This document shows, one piece after another, positions 1 to 10,878 of a DNA stretch of 64,000 bases (the first letter of the stretch is position 1; every line of letters begins with the position of its first letter). Source of the stretch: Marsupella aquatica (taxonomy: Eukaryota; Plantae; Marchantiophyta); assembly GCA_973895155.1 (NCBI GenBank), contig OZ316898.1, positions 10,444,286 to 10,508,285 of the forward strand, given 5' to 3'. The notes under the pieces are model-generated. The model was not told the origin of the DNA, searched no databases, and saw only the letters and a program-made list of their open reading frames with translations. The position numbers and the translations under genes were made by a program.

Positions 1-233
1 TTGCGATTCTATTGCGATGCACGATACTTCGCAAAGCCGAGTTTTGTTTTTCGATTTCCTTTGTTGTTTGCGATGCTTTCAAGTTTGCAAACGGTGTTGG
101 TAGTGTTGTAGTGAATGTGAAGATAGTGGATATACTAGGGACTGAGGCCACAATTAAAATTATAATTACAAATCCCCCAGGACACTCCAAACAAATGAAC
201 AAAAAACAACAAATTGACAAAAAGTATGCAACA

Positions 234-371
234 TGTTATAAGATGTAGATTACACTCTAAGTGACAATTAGGAGTTAGGGCAGTTACATAACTGCCCATC
301 AATGTAACCCATATATTCTTACACTCCTAAGAGAAGTGTGATCATTGTTGGTGAATACATTGAATGAAACA
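234..371 (+). repeat. 5' LTR of Copia-1
   Basis: Direct repeat of 5462-5599, TG...CA ends. Confidence 0.97.
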
Positions 372-385
372 CGTTATCAGCACGA
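372..385 (+). promoter_or_regulatory. Primer-binding site complementary to the tRNA-Ile anticodon arm (half-tRNA priming)
   Basis: CGTTATCAGCACGA immediately after the LTR is the reverse complement of TCGTGCT(I/G)ATAACG of plant tRNA-Ile(IAU); tRNA sequence from recall. Confidence 0.8.
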
Positions 386-607
386 GCTGGTGTGTGTGAC
401 AAATTTTTTTTTAGATAGAGGCAGATGACGCGCAGTTAAACTTCAGCAGCACTATTCCTCGATTGGAACTGATTCTTGGAACTCGGTGAGAGAAATCCAT
501 CAGGTTTTGAACGATACCATCTCCTTAGCCATAAACGATTGCATTATCAAAGAACCTTATTACAAGCTAGCCAGCATCGGAACTTCCAATTGCAGCATTG
601 ATCAATC

Positions 608-3600
608 ATGGAGAAATTACATTTCAAAGCTCTCGCGATCGATGGCGCAAATTACTTGTCTTGGTCTTTAGATGTGGAGGCACATCTAGCATCTAAAGAC
701 CTGCAAGACACAACCTTAACCGATGCAGGTACTACATTACAACAGAAGGCTCATGCCTTGATACTAATCAGGCACCATCTTGCTGAACCGCTTAAGACTC
801 AATATCTCAATCACTACAACCCAAGGGTCCTATGGGACGAACTACAATTACGCTTCGATCATATGCGGACCATATCACTCCCGACAGCCCGCCACGATTG
901 GATAAACCTGCGAGTACAAGATTACAGCACAATTGCGAGTTATAACAGCGAACTGTTCCGAATTACCTCCCAATTAGCTGTCTGCGGTAATCCAGTGGAT
1001 GAGGAAGAGCAGATCGAAAAGACTCTGTCCACTTTTCATGTAACTAACATAGTTCTAGCCTCTCAATATCGAAACATGAATTTCACGCGGTATTCTCAAT
1101 TGATATCACATATGCTCCTCGCTGAGAAGCATCAGATAATACTGCTCAACAATGCTAAAACAAGACCACCAGGGAGTGCAGCCCCTCCAGCCAGACCAGA
1201 AACTCATCTTATGACCTCAAGATTCCGGGGGCGCGGACGTGGCAACTTCAGGGGGAGCCGAGGACGTGCATTTGGAAGAGGAACTTACCAAGGATACAGA
1301 GGCAGTGGGAGCTTCCGACAACAATCCCAAGAATTCCAGCGAGACCCCACTTGGAATCAACGCGGAGGTGGCGGACGGAATCGAGGAAGAGGCTACCAAG
1401 CACAACCAAGAGATAAGTTTATTACACCCTCTTGTTTCCGATGCGGTACAAAAGGACATTTACAAAAAGAATGTCGGGCTCCTGCACACTTGGTCAAGCT
1501 CTATAAAGAAAGTATAAACAGGCAAACAGAAGATGCACAAGGCAATTTTATGGAAATTCCTGAAGACATACATGCTTATACACATGATACACCCCTTCCA
1601 GAAACCCACGTTGCTCACATGGATGCACAATCACAAGGCAAATTAACACCATCTAATTGCATAGTAGATAGTGGGACCTCCCACTCCATCCTAAGAAATC
1701 GACATTTTTTTCGAACAATTATAGCTTCTCACAGAGCCATAACTACCATCACAGGACAGAATCATATTGAGGAAGGGCACGGCCCCGCATCAGTTTGTTT
1801 CCCCCAGGGCACAGTAATCAACATCTCCTCGGCAATATACGCACCTAAAGCCACACGAAATTTAATTAGTTTCCAAGACATAAGAGCTAACAACTTTCAC
1901 ATATATACAAGCAAGACCAATGAGGGTGAAGTCCTACACATTATTGACCATTCTCCACCTGGAATGAAAATCTGTGAAACCTTGCCTATCCACCCTCCCG
2001 GGTTATACATCACTACAATACACGCATTACATGTAGAAATAGTTCCTCCAACTCTCACAGAGCGCTGGCACAATCGGCTAGGCCACCCTGGTACCAACAT
2101 GTACCATAATATAATCCGGGATACGATAGGCATACCCCAAGGGGTGCGCCCATCATCTCTGAAGAGCCCCTGTCTTGCGTGTTCACAGGGAAAGTTAATC
2201 ACCAGACCAGCCACATCTAAAACAATTCACTCCATTCCTAAATTCCTCGAAAGGCTTCACGCTGACGTATGTGGCCCGATTGACCCGCCATCTGGTCCAT
2301 TCCGGTTTTACTTGGCCATTATTGATGCTTCATCAAAATGGTCCCAAGTTTCACTGATCTCGACCCGGAACCTAGTACTCCCACGGATTTTATCACACAT
2401 CCTCAAGTTAAAGCTACAGTTCCCTGACAATCCAATAAAGACACTCAGGGTTGATAATGCCGGGGAGTTCACGTCGAAAACATTCGATGATTTTTGTGAG
2501 ACTGCCGGCATAGAAACCCAATATTCGGTACCGCACGTTCATTTTCAGAACGGCATAGCAGAATCTCTCATTAAAAGACTACAAATGATAGCTCGACCAC
2601 TCCTCATGCAAACACAGCTTCCTCCTACAGCATGGGGACATGCAATATTGCATGCAGCTGCTCTCCTAAAATATAGACCTTCCGCATTTAATACCCATAC
2701 TCCGCATTACCTTGCATTTGGTATACCACCTAACATTTCTCACTTGCGGACGTTTGGGTGTTTAGTCCTTGTCCCTATCCTAGGCCCAAAACGCACCAAG
2801 ATGGGCCCCCAGCGCCAACGAGGGATTTATGTTGGTTTTGACTCACCCTCCATTATTCGGTTCCTGGAACCATCCACAACAGATGTGTTCAAGGCCAGAT
2901 TCCTTGACTGTACCTTTTTTGAAGACGAATTTCCGAAACTAACTACACATCCATCCGATGAGAATGGCAGAAAACAATTATTACAATGGCAGACCATCCT
3001 ACCGGTGGGACTTGATCCACGTACCAGACAAGCTGATGCAGAAGTCAGACGCATATTACATCTCCATCAGATGCTGGAAAAGCTCCCGGACGCTTTTAAT
3101 GATGCAGCTGAAGTAACCCGTTCACACACAGAGGCGGCCAATACTCCAGCCCGAATACTAATACCAGACCAACTTGCCACTGAAGCTGCCCCAAGAGCAA
3201 AACGAGGTCGACCACTGGGCTCTAGAGACAGCCAACCTCGCCAACGACGACCACCAGCTAACCCAACGAATGTGCCACCTCCACCGGTACCATCTACCCA
3301 CTCTCTCACTCAGCCAGAAGAAAATCAAGAAATATCCATCAATTATATGCATACTGGTCGATTATGGCATCGAAAGGATACAATTATAGATGATATATTT
3401 GCATTCGATATATCTCAGGATATCACCAATGACACCCCAGATCCCCTGTCAGTCCACGAGGCACAGCAGCGGCCTGATTGGCCCCAGTGGGAGATAGCAC
3501 TTAATTCTGAATTGGACTCATTAATTCAACGAGAAGTCTTTGGTCCGGTCATTCCTGCCCCTCTACACACATCACTTATCGGATATAAATTCATTTTCAC

Positions 3601-5227
3601 ACGGAAAAGAAACGCTCGAGGAGAGATAATTCGGTACAAAGCACGACTGGTTGCTAAAGGCTATACGCAAATCCCAGGACGTGACTTTGACCTTACTTAC
3701 TCACCCGTGATGGATTCGATAACTTATAGATACATGATAGCGTTTGCACTTACGCACAAATTGACACTAAACATACTAGATGTTATCACAGCCTACCTTT
3801 ATGGCATATTGGACACTACAATCTACATGAAGGCTCCTCCTGAGTTAATCACACGAATGACATTTCGAATTCAGGGGGAGAATAAACATAATACAAACCC
3901 TGATCTACAATCAGGGTTAACAAGGAAAACTCCTATAGAGTACCTTCTAAAGCATGCACATGAAAACGAACCTTCAGTTCTTCATGAATTACAGGTGCCG
4001 AGTGCACATCAAGCGAGAAGTCGACTTCCCAGATCTGCTATACAGACAAAACAATTGGCAGTCTAAGTACTGCGATCCCTATATGGGCTCAAACAAAGTG
4101 GTCGAACCTGGTATAAAAGATTTAAGGCAGAGATGCTAGCTCTGAACTTTGTCAATAACGACATTGCTCCCTGTCTTTTTCTTAAACAACATGACACAGA
4201 TTACATAATCGTCGCTATTTATGTAGACGATATTAACATCTTCGGTACACCTACAATAGTTAAAGAAACAATGGCAACATTGAAAACAACATTTCAAATG
4301 CGAGATCTAGGAGAACCCAAGTACTGTCTTGGACTTCAATTTGACTATGTGCAGGGCGGCATACTTATTAATCAAGCGACTTATGCAAGAAAGATTGTAA
4401 AGCAGTTCAACATGGATAAAGCTCATCCAGTGAGCACTCCAATGGAACTGAGATCTCTGGACCCGAATCGAGATACATTCAAGAAACGCACAGAAACAGA
4501 GCAGATACTTGGAGCAGAAAAACCCTATCTTTCAGCAATTGGTGCGCTCATGTACTTAGCGAATCACACACGCCCTGACATTTCATTCGCTGTTAACCTT
4601 CTTGCTCGTCATAGTTCGCAACCAACAATAAGACACTGGAATGGCGTAAAGCGAATTTTTCGATACATACAGGGCACACTTGACTTGGGATTGTTCTTTC
4701 CCAACGATGCTCCTTCTGAACTCATCGGATTTGCTGATGCTGGATACCTTTCGGACCCGGATGACGCTAAATCACAAACCGGGTATGTATTTCTCCAAGG
4801 CAGCACCGCGATATCTTGGCGAAGCTCCAAACAGACCCTCACGACAACGTCCTCGAACCATGCAGAAATCATTGCCCTTTACGAAGCAAGTCGTGAATGC
4901 ATCTGGCTCAGACAACTCATTGATCACATTAATCAGCATACAGGTCGTCCACTTCTCAACGCTCCAACAACTATCTACGAGGACAATCGCCCTTGCGTCG
5001 ATCAAGTTACACAAGGCTTTATCAAAGGAGATCGGATAAAGCATATTGCCCCCAAATTTTTCTACACTCACGAACAGCATGGCGATCAGATTCAAGTTCA
5101 TTGGATTGCAAGTAAAGATAATCACGCAGATCTCTTCACTAAGCCCCTCCCACCTTCAGTTCACCACAATCACACACATGGTATCGGGATGCGTCGTCTA
5201 TCTACTCTACTACAAACTCACAGCTAG
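608..5227 (+). pseudogene. Copia-1 gag-pol polyprotein with a single in-frame TAA at 4064-4066
   Basis: CCHC knuckle CFRCGTKGHLQKEC, protease IVDSGT, GAG-pre-integrase WHNRLGHP, integrase D-D-E core, RT (KARLVAKG, SLYGLKQSGR, YVDD), RNase H (ADAGY, KHI, ADLFTK). ORFs 608-4066 and 4133-5227 are in the same frame. Confidence 0.95.
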
Positions 5228-5452
5228 AACTAAAACTCTCGAAACTGCACGAAACTTTCACTATAAAATTCTCATTAGATTACCCTAAATGTATTTCGAT
5301 GACCTTATTACTTGTACAGTAGTGGCACTCTTTCTTTCAGAAGAAAGCGGGAAAGTTTTAATGAGGCCATACTACTTATAAGGATCAAATAATTAACACT
5401 TAGAGTTACAATCTCCATAGAGTGGTTCTTTTTCTAATCACTTCAAAGAACC

Positions 5453-5461
5453 AAGGGGGAG
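5453..5461 (+). promoter_or_regulatory. Polypurine tract of Copia-1
   Basis: AAGGGGGAG abutting the 3' LTR. Confidence 0.9.
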
Positions 5462-5599
5462 TGTTATAAGATGTAGATTACACTCTAAGTGACAATTAGG
5501 AGTTAGGGCAGTTACATAACTGCCCATCAATGTAACCCATATATTCTTACACTCCTAAGAGAAGCGTGATCATTGTTGGTGAATACATTGAATGAAACA
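5462..5599 (+). repeat. 3' LTR of Copia-1
   Basis: Direct repeat of 234-371, followed by TSD CAACA. Confidence 0.97.
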
Positions 5600-5813
5600 C
5601 AACACTACATATAGCTACAATTTCCAACAATTTCCAACTAAAAATGATTAATTACATGCATGCATCACTAAAGCCCTAGCACAAAATCATCAATTCCACT
5701 CCTACCTACCTATGTACAAATGCCAAAACCTCCTTCTACCCAAGTCAAACATCATAACAAATGAAGGGAAACATATTAAAACGGGTAACTTAAAGTGCAC
5801 ATACCTCTCTGAC

Positions 5814-7388
5814 CTCCATATCCAAACGGTCAAAAAGAGCTTTTGCCCCATGCTCAACACCCTCATCAAGCTCAGCACTTGATGCTGTCCGGCCCTTTCG
5901 AAGTACCTGACACCCACAAATTAACACGATGTAACCCAAACCACGCCCTAAAATGTTTTCAATAATCCAATAGTAAAAGCATTGGAACATAGAGTTTTCC
6001 GATTCAACTCTAATTGGAATCCGCCCTTCTTACTCTAAACCTCACGTCCGATTATGATTCCAATGCGGGTCTAATTGGACCACAATTGGAAGCTTTCCGG
6101 CACTAAAGCGCAAACCCTTTGCTTCCAATTCTGCTTACGATACGGGAAAAATTGGAAGGAAATTGGACCATGGAACTTAAAAAATACAAGTCCAGGCTGA
6201 ACGTTTTCAACGGTCATAGCACTACTGCATGCATTGAAGATAGGCTTCCTGCAACAAAGCTCTTTAGACTGCATGCGAGAGGAGGAGGAGGCTTACAAAT
6301 TTGGCTTGTAATTTCTTGGTACCTCCCTGTCCAAGCTTGTGTGTGGATACTTTGCCTCGTTTCTCTGCCCTGATCACGCCAAGCTGCAATGCCTTAGGAG
6401 GATCCCCAAGTTTTGCTGCAATCCTCTCACACATGGCCTTCTTTCCGATTGCAATGCTCAACAGTTCTGGTTGTGGTGGTTCTTTAGCTTGCAATGCCTC
6501 AATTTCTGACTTAAGTCTCCTTATATTGATCCATGCTCTCATTTGCAGCTCCTCCACAATCATATTGTCCCAACATCCCTGGTCAATGGTGCCACTGGTA
6601 GGACAGCCTGCCCTCTGGATCTCGTCTGCAGTCTCAATTCACCTTTCGGGAGTCTGAAGGTACTCTCGAATCATGGTCCTTTGATGATTTTGCTTATCAA
6701 TCAAGCTCTTCAAAATTGCATTGGAAATGTATGTAGCTGGGATGGCAGTTCCATTGCAAAATCTGTCCTGGACCCGAGCAATGATCCTATTTCTCTCTTC
6801 TTCGCTCCTTCTAGTGCCATTCGCTGCAATAGACCAAAGCTCATGCAGCTGAAAATTGGCTTTTACTACTTGCCGTAAGTTTGACTTGAATAGATAGTAT
6901 GATGAGGGCTTAACCGTCAGTCTCTTACTCAAATCTATGAAAGGCATTGATCTCCTTCTTTTCTCTCGTTCTCTCTCCTCCTCCCGTGCCTTCTTCAATC
7001 CCTCTCTGTGTTTGCGTTTCAGCTCCTTCTCCCGGGCTCCTGGTGACAGAGAATCAAGGGGGACTATAGCTCGATTCCTCCTCTCCTCCTTTTTCTTCTT
7101 CCTCTCCTCATCTTTCTTGGCTTGCTCCTCCTTGAATGCTTTTCTAGCTAAAGAAACTGAATCCAAGCAGCCCTTCTCCAATAGGGAAGATATAAAAGTG
7201 GCCAAGCCAGCAGCCTCGCCCTCACCAACATTGAATTTTGCAGTCAACATGGACAGCAAGCCCTCTATGATCCCTTCTCTTCTTGTGCTCTTTGTGTTCC
7301 CTTCGGGAATCCCTTCTCTTCCTGCCGACCCCTCTCCTATCTCTTGCACCATGGTTATGTAGCTAGTGCTTGTTTCGTTTCCTTGCAA
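5814..7388 (-). pseudogene. TnpA-like (ORF2) gene of CACTA-1, spliced, divergent from the transposase
   Basis: ORFs 6639-7388 and 6264-6563 are in one frame separated by TGA. Exon end RGKVSTHKLGQGGTKKLQAKF|gtaagc (6297) parallels CACTA-2 RGKVKHLSQAGRGSYAPVKEQL|gtaagg. Next exon 5906-5814 (VLRKGRTASSAELDE) parallels KKLTGEEPSAQEVRE. Confidence 0.65.
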
Positions 7389-8992
7389 TCCCGTCCTCTA
7401 TCTTCGATCCTTCCCTGCAATCCCTCGCTATAATCTCTCCATTGAAATCTCTTGAGAAAGCTAAGAGTAGTAGCTGTGAGCCCTAGTCCGATTCCTTGTC
7501 CGACATCTATCCTCTTCAGCTAACAATGCCATGAACGGAAGGAAGAAAAAGGCCCAAGAAAGCGCTAATATCTCCGCTGGGATCCCCGAACAAATTCAAA
7601 CAAAATTGGAACTTCCAATTATACTTGAATCGGAACCATAATTGGAAACCTAAAGAGATGGTCCAATTCGTGTGCAATTGGACCAAGATAGTTCCAATTC
7701 TACAAGAATTGGACCGGTTTGTTGACCAAATTAGAGTATTCCCCCTTACGCATTTAGGCTCTTTTTTTGTTAATGGAGGTAGTAGGGACCATGTGAAAGC
7801 ATCATAGGTATTTTATGGGTGAGACTTTGTTTTTACTAGGGTGCTTGAAACTCAATGCAGGTCCAAAATAAGTTTGCGGCAAAGTATTGCGGAACTTGTG
7901 TGTTTGTTTTTTGTTTTTGTTTTTTTGTTTTGAAATTTTTAGATACTTATTGGGGGATGCGTAAGTTTGGCTATTTGAGGGGAGATATATCAAATTAGTG
8001 CATAGCCCCAAATATTTAAGAGGTACCTTTCCCCACCCTCCCAAGCGTATGACATGAACTTATTAATGGTTATTTCCCATCTTGAAAGTTTTATATACCT
8101 AGGGTCGTTCTAATTATAGTGTAGACCATGGTTGGCTTACAGCTTAGGATTGTCTGCTCAGCATGAGGACAACCTGGGGTACCGGTTCTTAATGCAGTAA
8201 GCATTGCGAGAGCCATCATATGTGAGAGGTACTAAGCTAATAAACTATATAACCTTGTTACTTTGTGCAACCAAAATGTTTATTATGTTTCTTTGTCTAC
8301 TGTAACTTGTGTTGCATTTCTTAGGGTTCTATAAAGTAGCTAGAACTACAGTTAAGTAGATATTAAAGGTTGTGGGCATTTATGTTACTGGAATGTAGAA
8401 TATGGGCAAGGGCAACAAACATGGTGCATGTGTTTTGGGGTGAGCGGAAGGGGTACCTGTTCTAAATGCAATATATGCACAGTGACAGCACAAACATCTG
8501 AGAGGTACTTACCTTGGATTATTTCTCTAGCCATGAATACTGTCTTGTTTTTTATTAAATTGTGCAAGTTTACTTATAAAATGAAATGGTTACTATCAAA
8601 CTTGGCATGGTTTGACTAACCCCCAATATAATGGTAAATAATCCAGGTTCCATCCTCAACCTTCAGATTCTCTTGGAGACCTATAGGCACTGTTGAGTCT
8701 GGGTGTCCAACAGGTAATAAATTAAGGGCATTCCAAACACTTTTCTAAGAATAGTAGTATATATATGGCCAAGCCAATACCTAGCTTGCAACTATTTTCA
8801 TGGGTGGGGGTTGTTCATGGGTCTGCAACTCCTCTTTTTAAAATTCTAAAAATCTTTTAATAAAAATTACAACATGTTAATTTGTGAATATGTTCATGGG
8901 TTCATATAACAATTGAAAATGAATTTTAATGGAGGCTCTTTGGGAAAGAGTGTATTTCTTATCACACTTTTGTCATCTTGTAGGTTGACAAC

Positions 8993-9211
8993 ATGTCTAC
9001 TTCTTCTAGTACAGAGGATGATACCGAGTCATCATCACAATCTGAGGATGAGCACAATGTGCCACATCCTATTGTTCAACCCGGGAAGGTGATGTGTTGG
9101 TGCACTAAATGTGTGGGGATAGTTCGACAACATGGATGGAAGGCAGATGAGCATATCCAGAACTGGGGCCGCCACCAGGGGCAGTTTCCAGGAGCATCCT
9201 CTTCCCAACAG
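8993..9211 (+). CDS. First coding exon of CACTA-1 (transposase-associated Cys/His domain), shared by the SET exon and the TnpD exons
   Basis: Acceptor ttgtag|gttgacaacATG (8983). CWCTKC-x12-H-x6-H resembles CPCTQC...HLLRHERH at the CACTA-2 TnpD N-terminus. Phase-0 donor CAG|gtatag at 9211. Confidence 0.7.
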
Positions 9212-9345
9212 GTATAGAATACATTTACATTGTAACTTGTGTATAAGATGTTTTGGTAGTATGTTAGGTGCTATATACATGGATATGATGAAGGTTTGTG
9301 TATTTTCACTTTCACATGCCCGACTGTTTTTCCTCAATTATATAG

Positions 9346-10137
9346 GTTGTGCGTAAACCATCGTTGGAGTATTCAATGGAGGATCTTCTTGGTGTGGTAG
9401 CAAAAGTGGTGAGAGAAGTCACTGCAGCACTACCATCAGAGTCATGCCCACTCCCTCTTCACCCACCCAGACCGCCTCGCCATTGGAGTAGGAGAACACC
9501 CTTGGTTTGTGATGATGTTGATTGTATTGAGGTGGACGGTAGACTAGTGAAGGCATTGGTCACTGGAAAAGCGGCTAAGGTCTTGAAAACTTGGGCTCCA
9601 TCAGTATTTTGTTTCCCTCCTACAATTCCGGTCAAGGAGGAGATAGTTCTTGGGGGCCGACGTTGGATAGTTAGAGACACTACCCTTGGAATTGGCCTTG
9701 GTTATGGATTGTTTGCATGTGACGACATTCATGTCCCCAACAATCTAGGGAGTGATATGCAATATGCCCCCGGACTATTTCCTTATGTTGGACCAGTTTA
9801 TACATCAAAGGCATGGAAGTTGCTTGTGCTCCAACACCCATCTTGGAAAGTGTACCAACTTGATATGGATTGTTGGCCCGGAAGTCACAAGAGGAAGGAG
9901 CACACTCGCACCATTGATGGTGATCCAGTTCGATTTCCTAACATAGCTGGGTACATTAATAGTACCAAAGGGACTAAGCCAAAAAAGATTCCAAATGTAG
10001 AGTGGGTTACAGTAGATGGAAATCCACCACCACCCTTTAATGGCAAATGTGTAGATGATCACATTATGACCGTGGCTATTCGACCAATTAGAGCCAGAGA
10101 GGAGCTATTTTGTGATTATGACTGGACACCCATGTAG
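9346..10137 (+). CDS. SET-domain (lysine methyltransferase-like) exon inside CACTA-1, open reading frame
   Basis: GLGYGLFACDDI (GxG motif), NIAGYINS...PNVEW (RFINH...PN-like) and IRPIRAREELFCDY (ELxxDY); phase-0 acceptor tatag|GTT at 9345. Confidence 0.8.
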   Translation, partial: VVRKPSLEYSMEDLLGVVAKVVREVTAALPSESCPLPLHPPRPPRHWSRRTPLVCDDVDCIEVDGRLVKALVTGKAAKVLKTWAPSVFCFPPTIPVKEEIVLGGRRWIVRDTTLGIGLGYGLFACDDIHVPNNLGSDMQYAPGLFPYVGPVYTSKAWKLLVLQHPSWKVYQLDMDCWPGSHKRKEHTRTIDGDPVRFPNIAGYINSTKGTKPKKIPNVEWVTVDGNPPPPFNGKCVDDHIMTVAIRPIRAREELFCDYDWTPM

Positions 10138-10147
10138 AAATTGCCCC

Positions 10148-10182
<35 letters not shown>
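10148..10182. repeat. (TA)n(GA)n compound microsatellite
   Basis: Read directly, just downstream of the SET stop codon. Confidence 0.9.
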
Positions 10183-10283
10183 AACATGAGTTTTGACCCT
10201 GTTGTCACTTTAATTAGTGTAGACTTGTACCTGTATTGCTTCCAATTTTTGGGCATTTGAACAATGTTTTTCAATGAATAATT

Positions 10284-10420
10284 TGTTATAACCCAGGTTA
10301 GAACCAGGTTAAGTATACTCTACTAGGGTTAAGGATAACTATCTTACCCGTTCCTCCTTAAGGAACCTATATGTATTTACTCAAGGATGAAGGAAGGATG
10401 ATTGTAGTTCACGTTCAACA
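10284..10420 (+). repeat. 5' LTR of Copia-2
   Basis: Direct repeat of 15933-16069. Confidence 0.97.
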
Positions 10421-10878
10421 CATTATCAGCACGAAGGGCTCACGTGCAATTTTTTTTGATGACTGATATTGGGGGAAGCGATCGGGCCTCGACGAAGGGA
10501 AGAATACCATCACCAAGAAATTCTCCATTCTTTTTCTCTCTTACAGCAATCAAGAACGTAGAGACCTTACCAACTTGTAGGGAAGACCCGAAGACAGCAC
10601 CGGGACGAGACAAGTCGCAAAAGCAATCGGACACGAATCAAAGGAGCACAACGATTGAAGGAGATCCAGCATACTTGTAACTGATTCCGTAACATACCCT
10701 CCAAAATTTCTTTTCGATAGCCATGAACATTGCATACAATAATCCCTCTTCTGCCAGTTGAACATGAACAACGCTGAGCACTGAAGAGAGACGAGAGGAG
10801 ACATCGATTCAATGATATAAACAGTGTACACAAGTGGCGCAGATTTCCCCTTTTCAATTGCACACCCTACCGATAATC

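Larger units (their letters stand above)
234..5599 (+). mobile_element. Ty1/copia LTR retrotransposon (Bianca-like), Copia-1, full length and young
   Basis: 138-bp LTRs TGTT...AACA at 234-371 and 5462-5599 (1 mismatch), TSD CAACA (229-233, 5600-5604), PBS, PPT, domain order gag-PR-INT-RT-RH. Confidence 0.97.

Noticed and set aside
4064-4066. Programmed stop-codon readthrough in Copia-1 pol
   Set aside because: The TAA lies mid-RT and Copia-2 has AAA at the aligned codon, so a point mutation or sequencing error is simpler
1217-5125. Short antisense and alternate-frame ORFs overlapping gag-pol (and similar ones over the LINE and CACTA genes)
   Set aside because: Shadow ORFs of real coding frames, not conserved between the two copia copies
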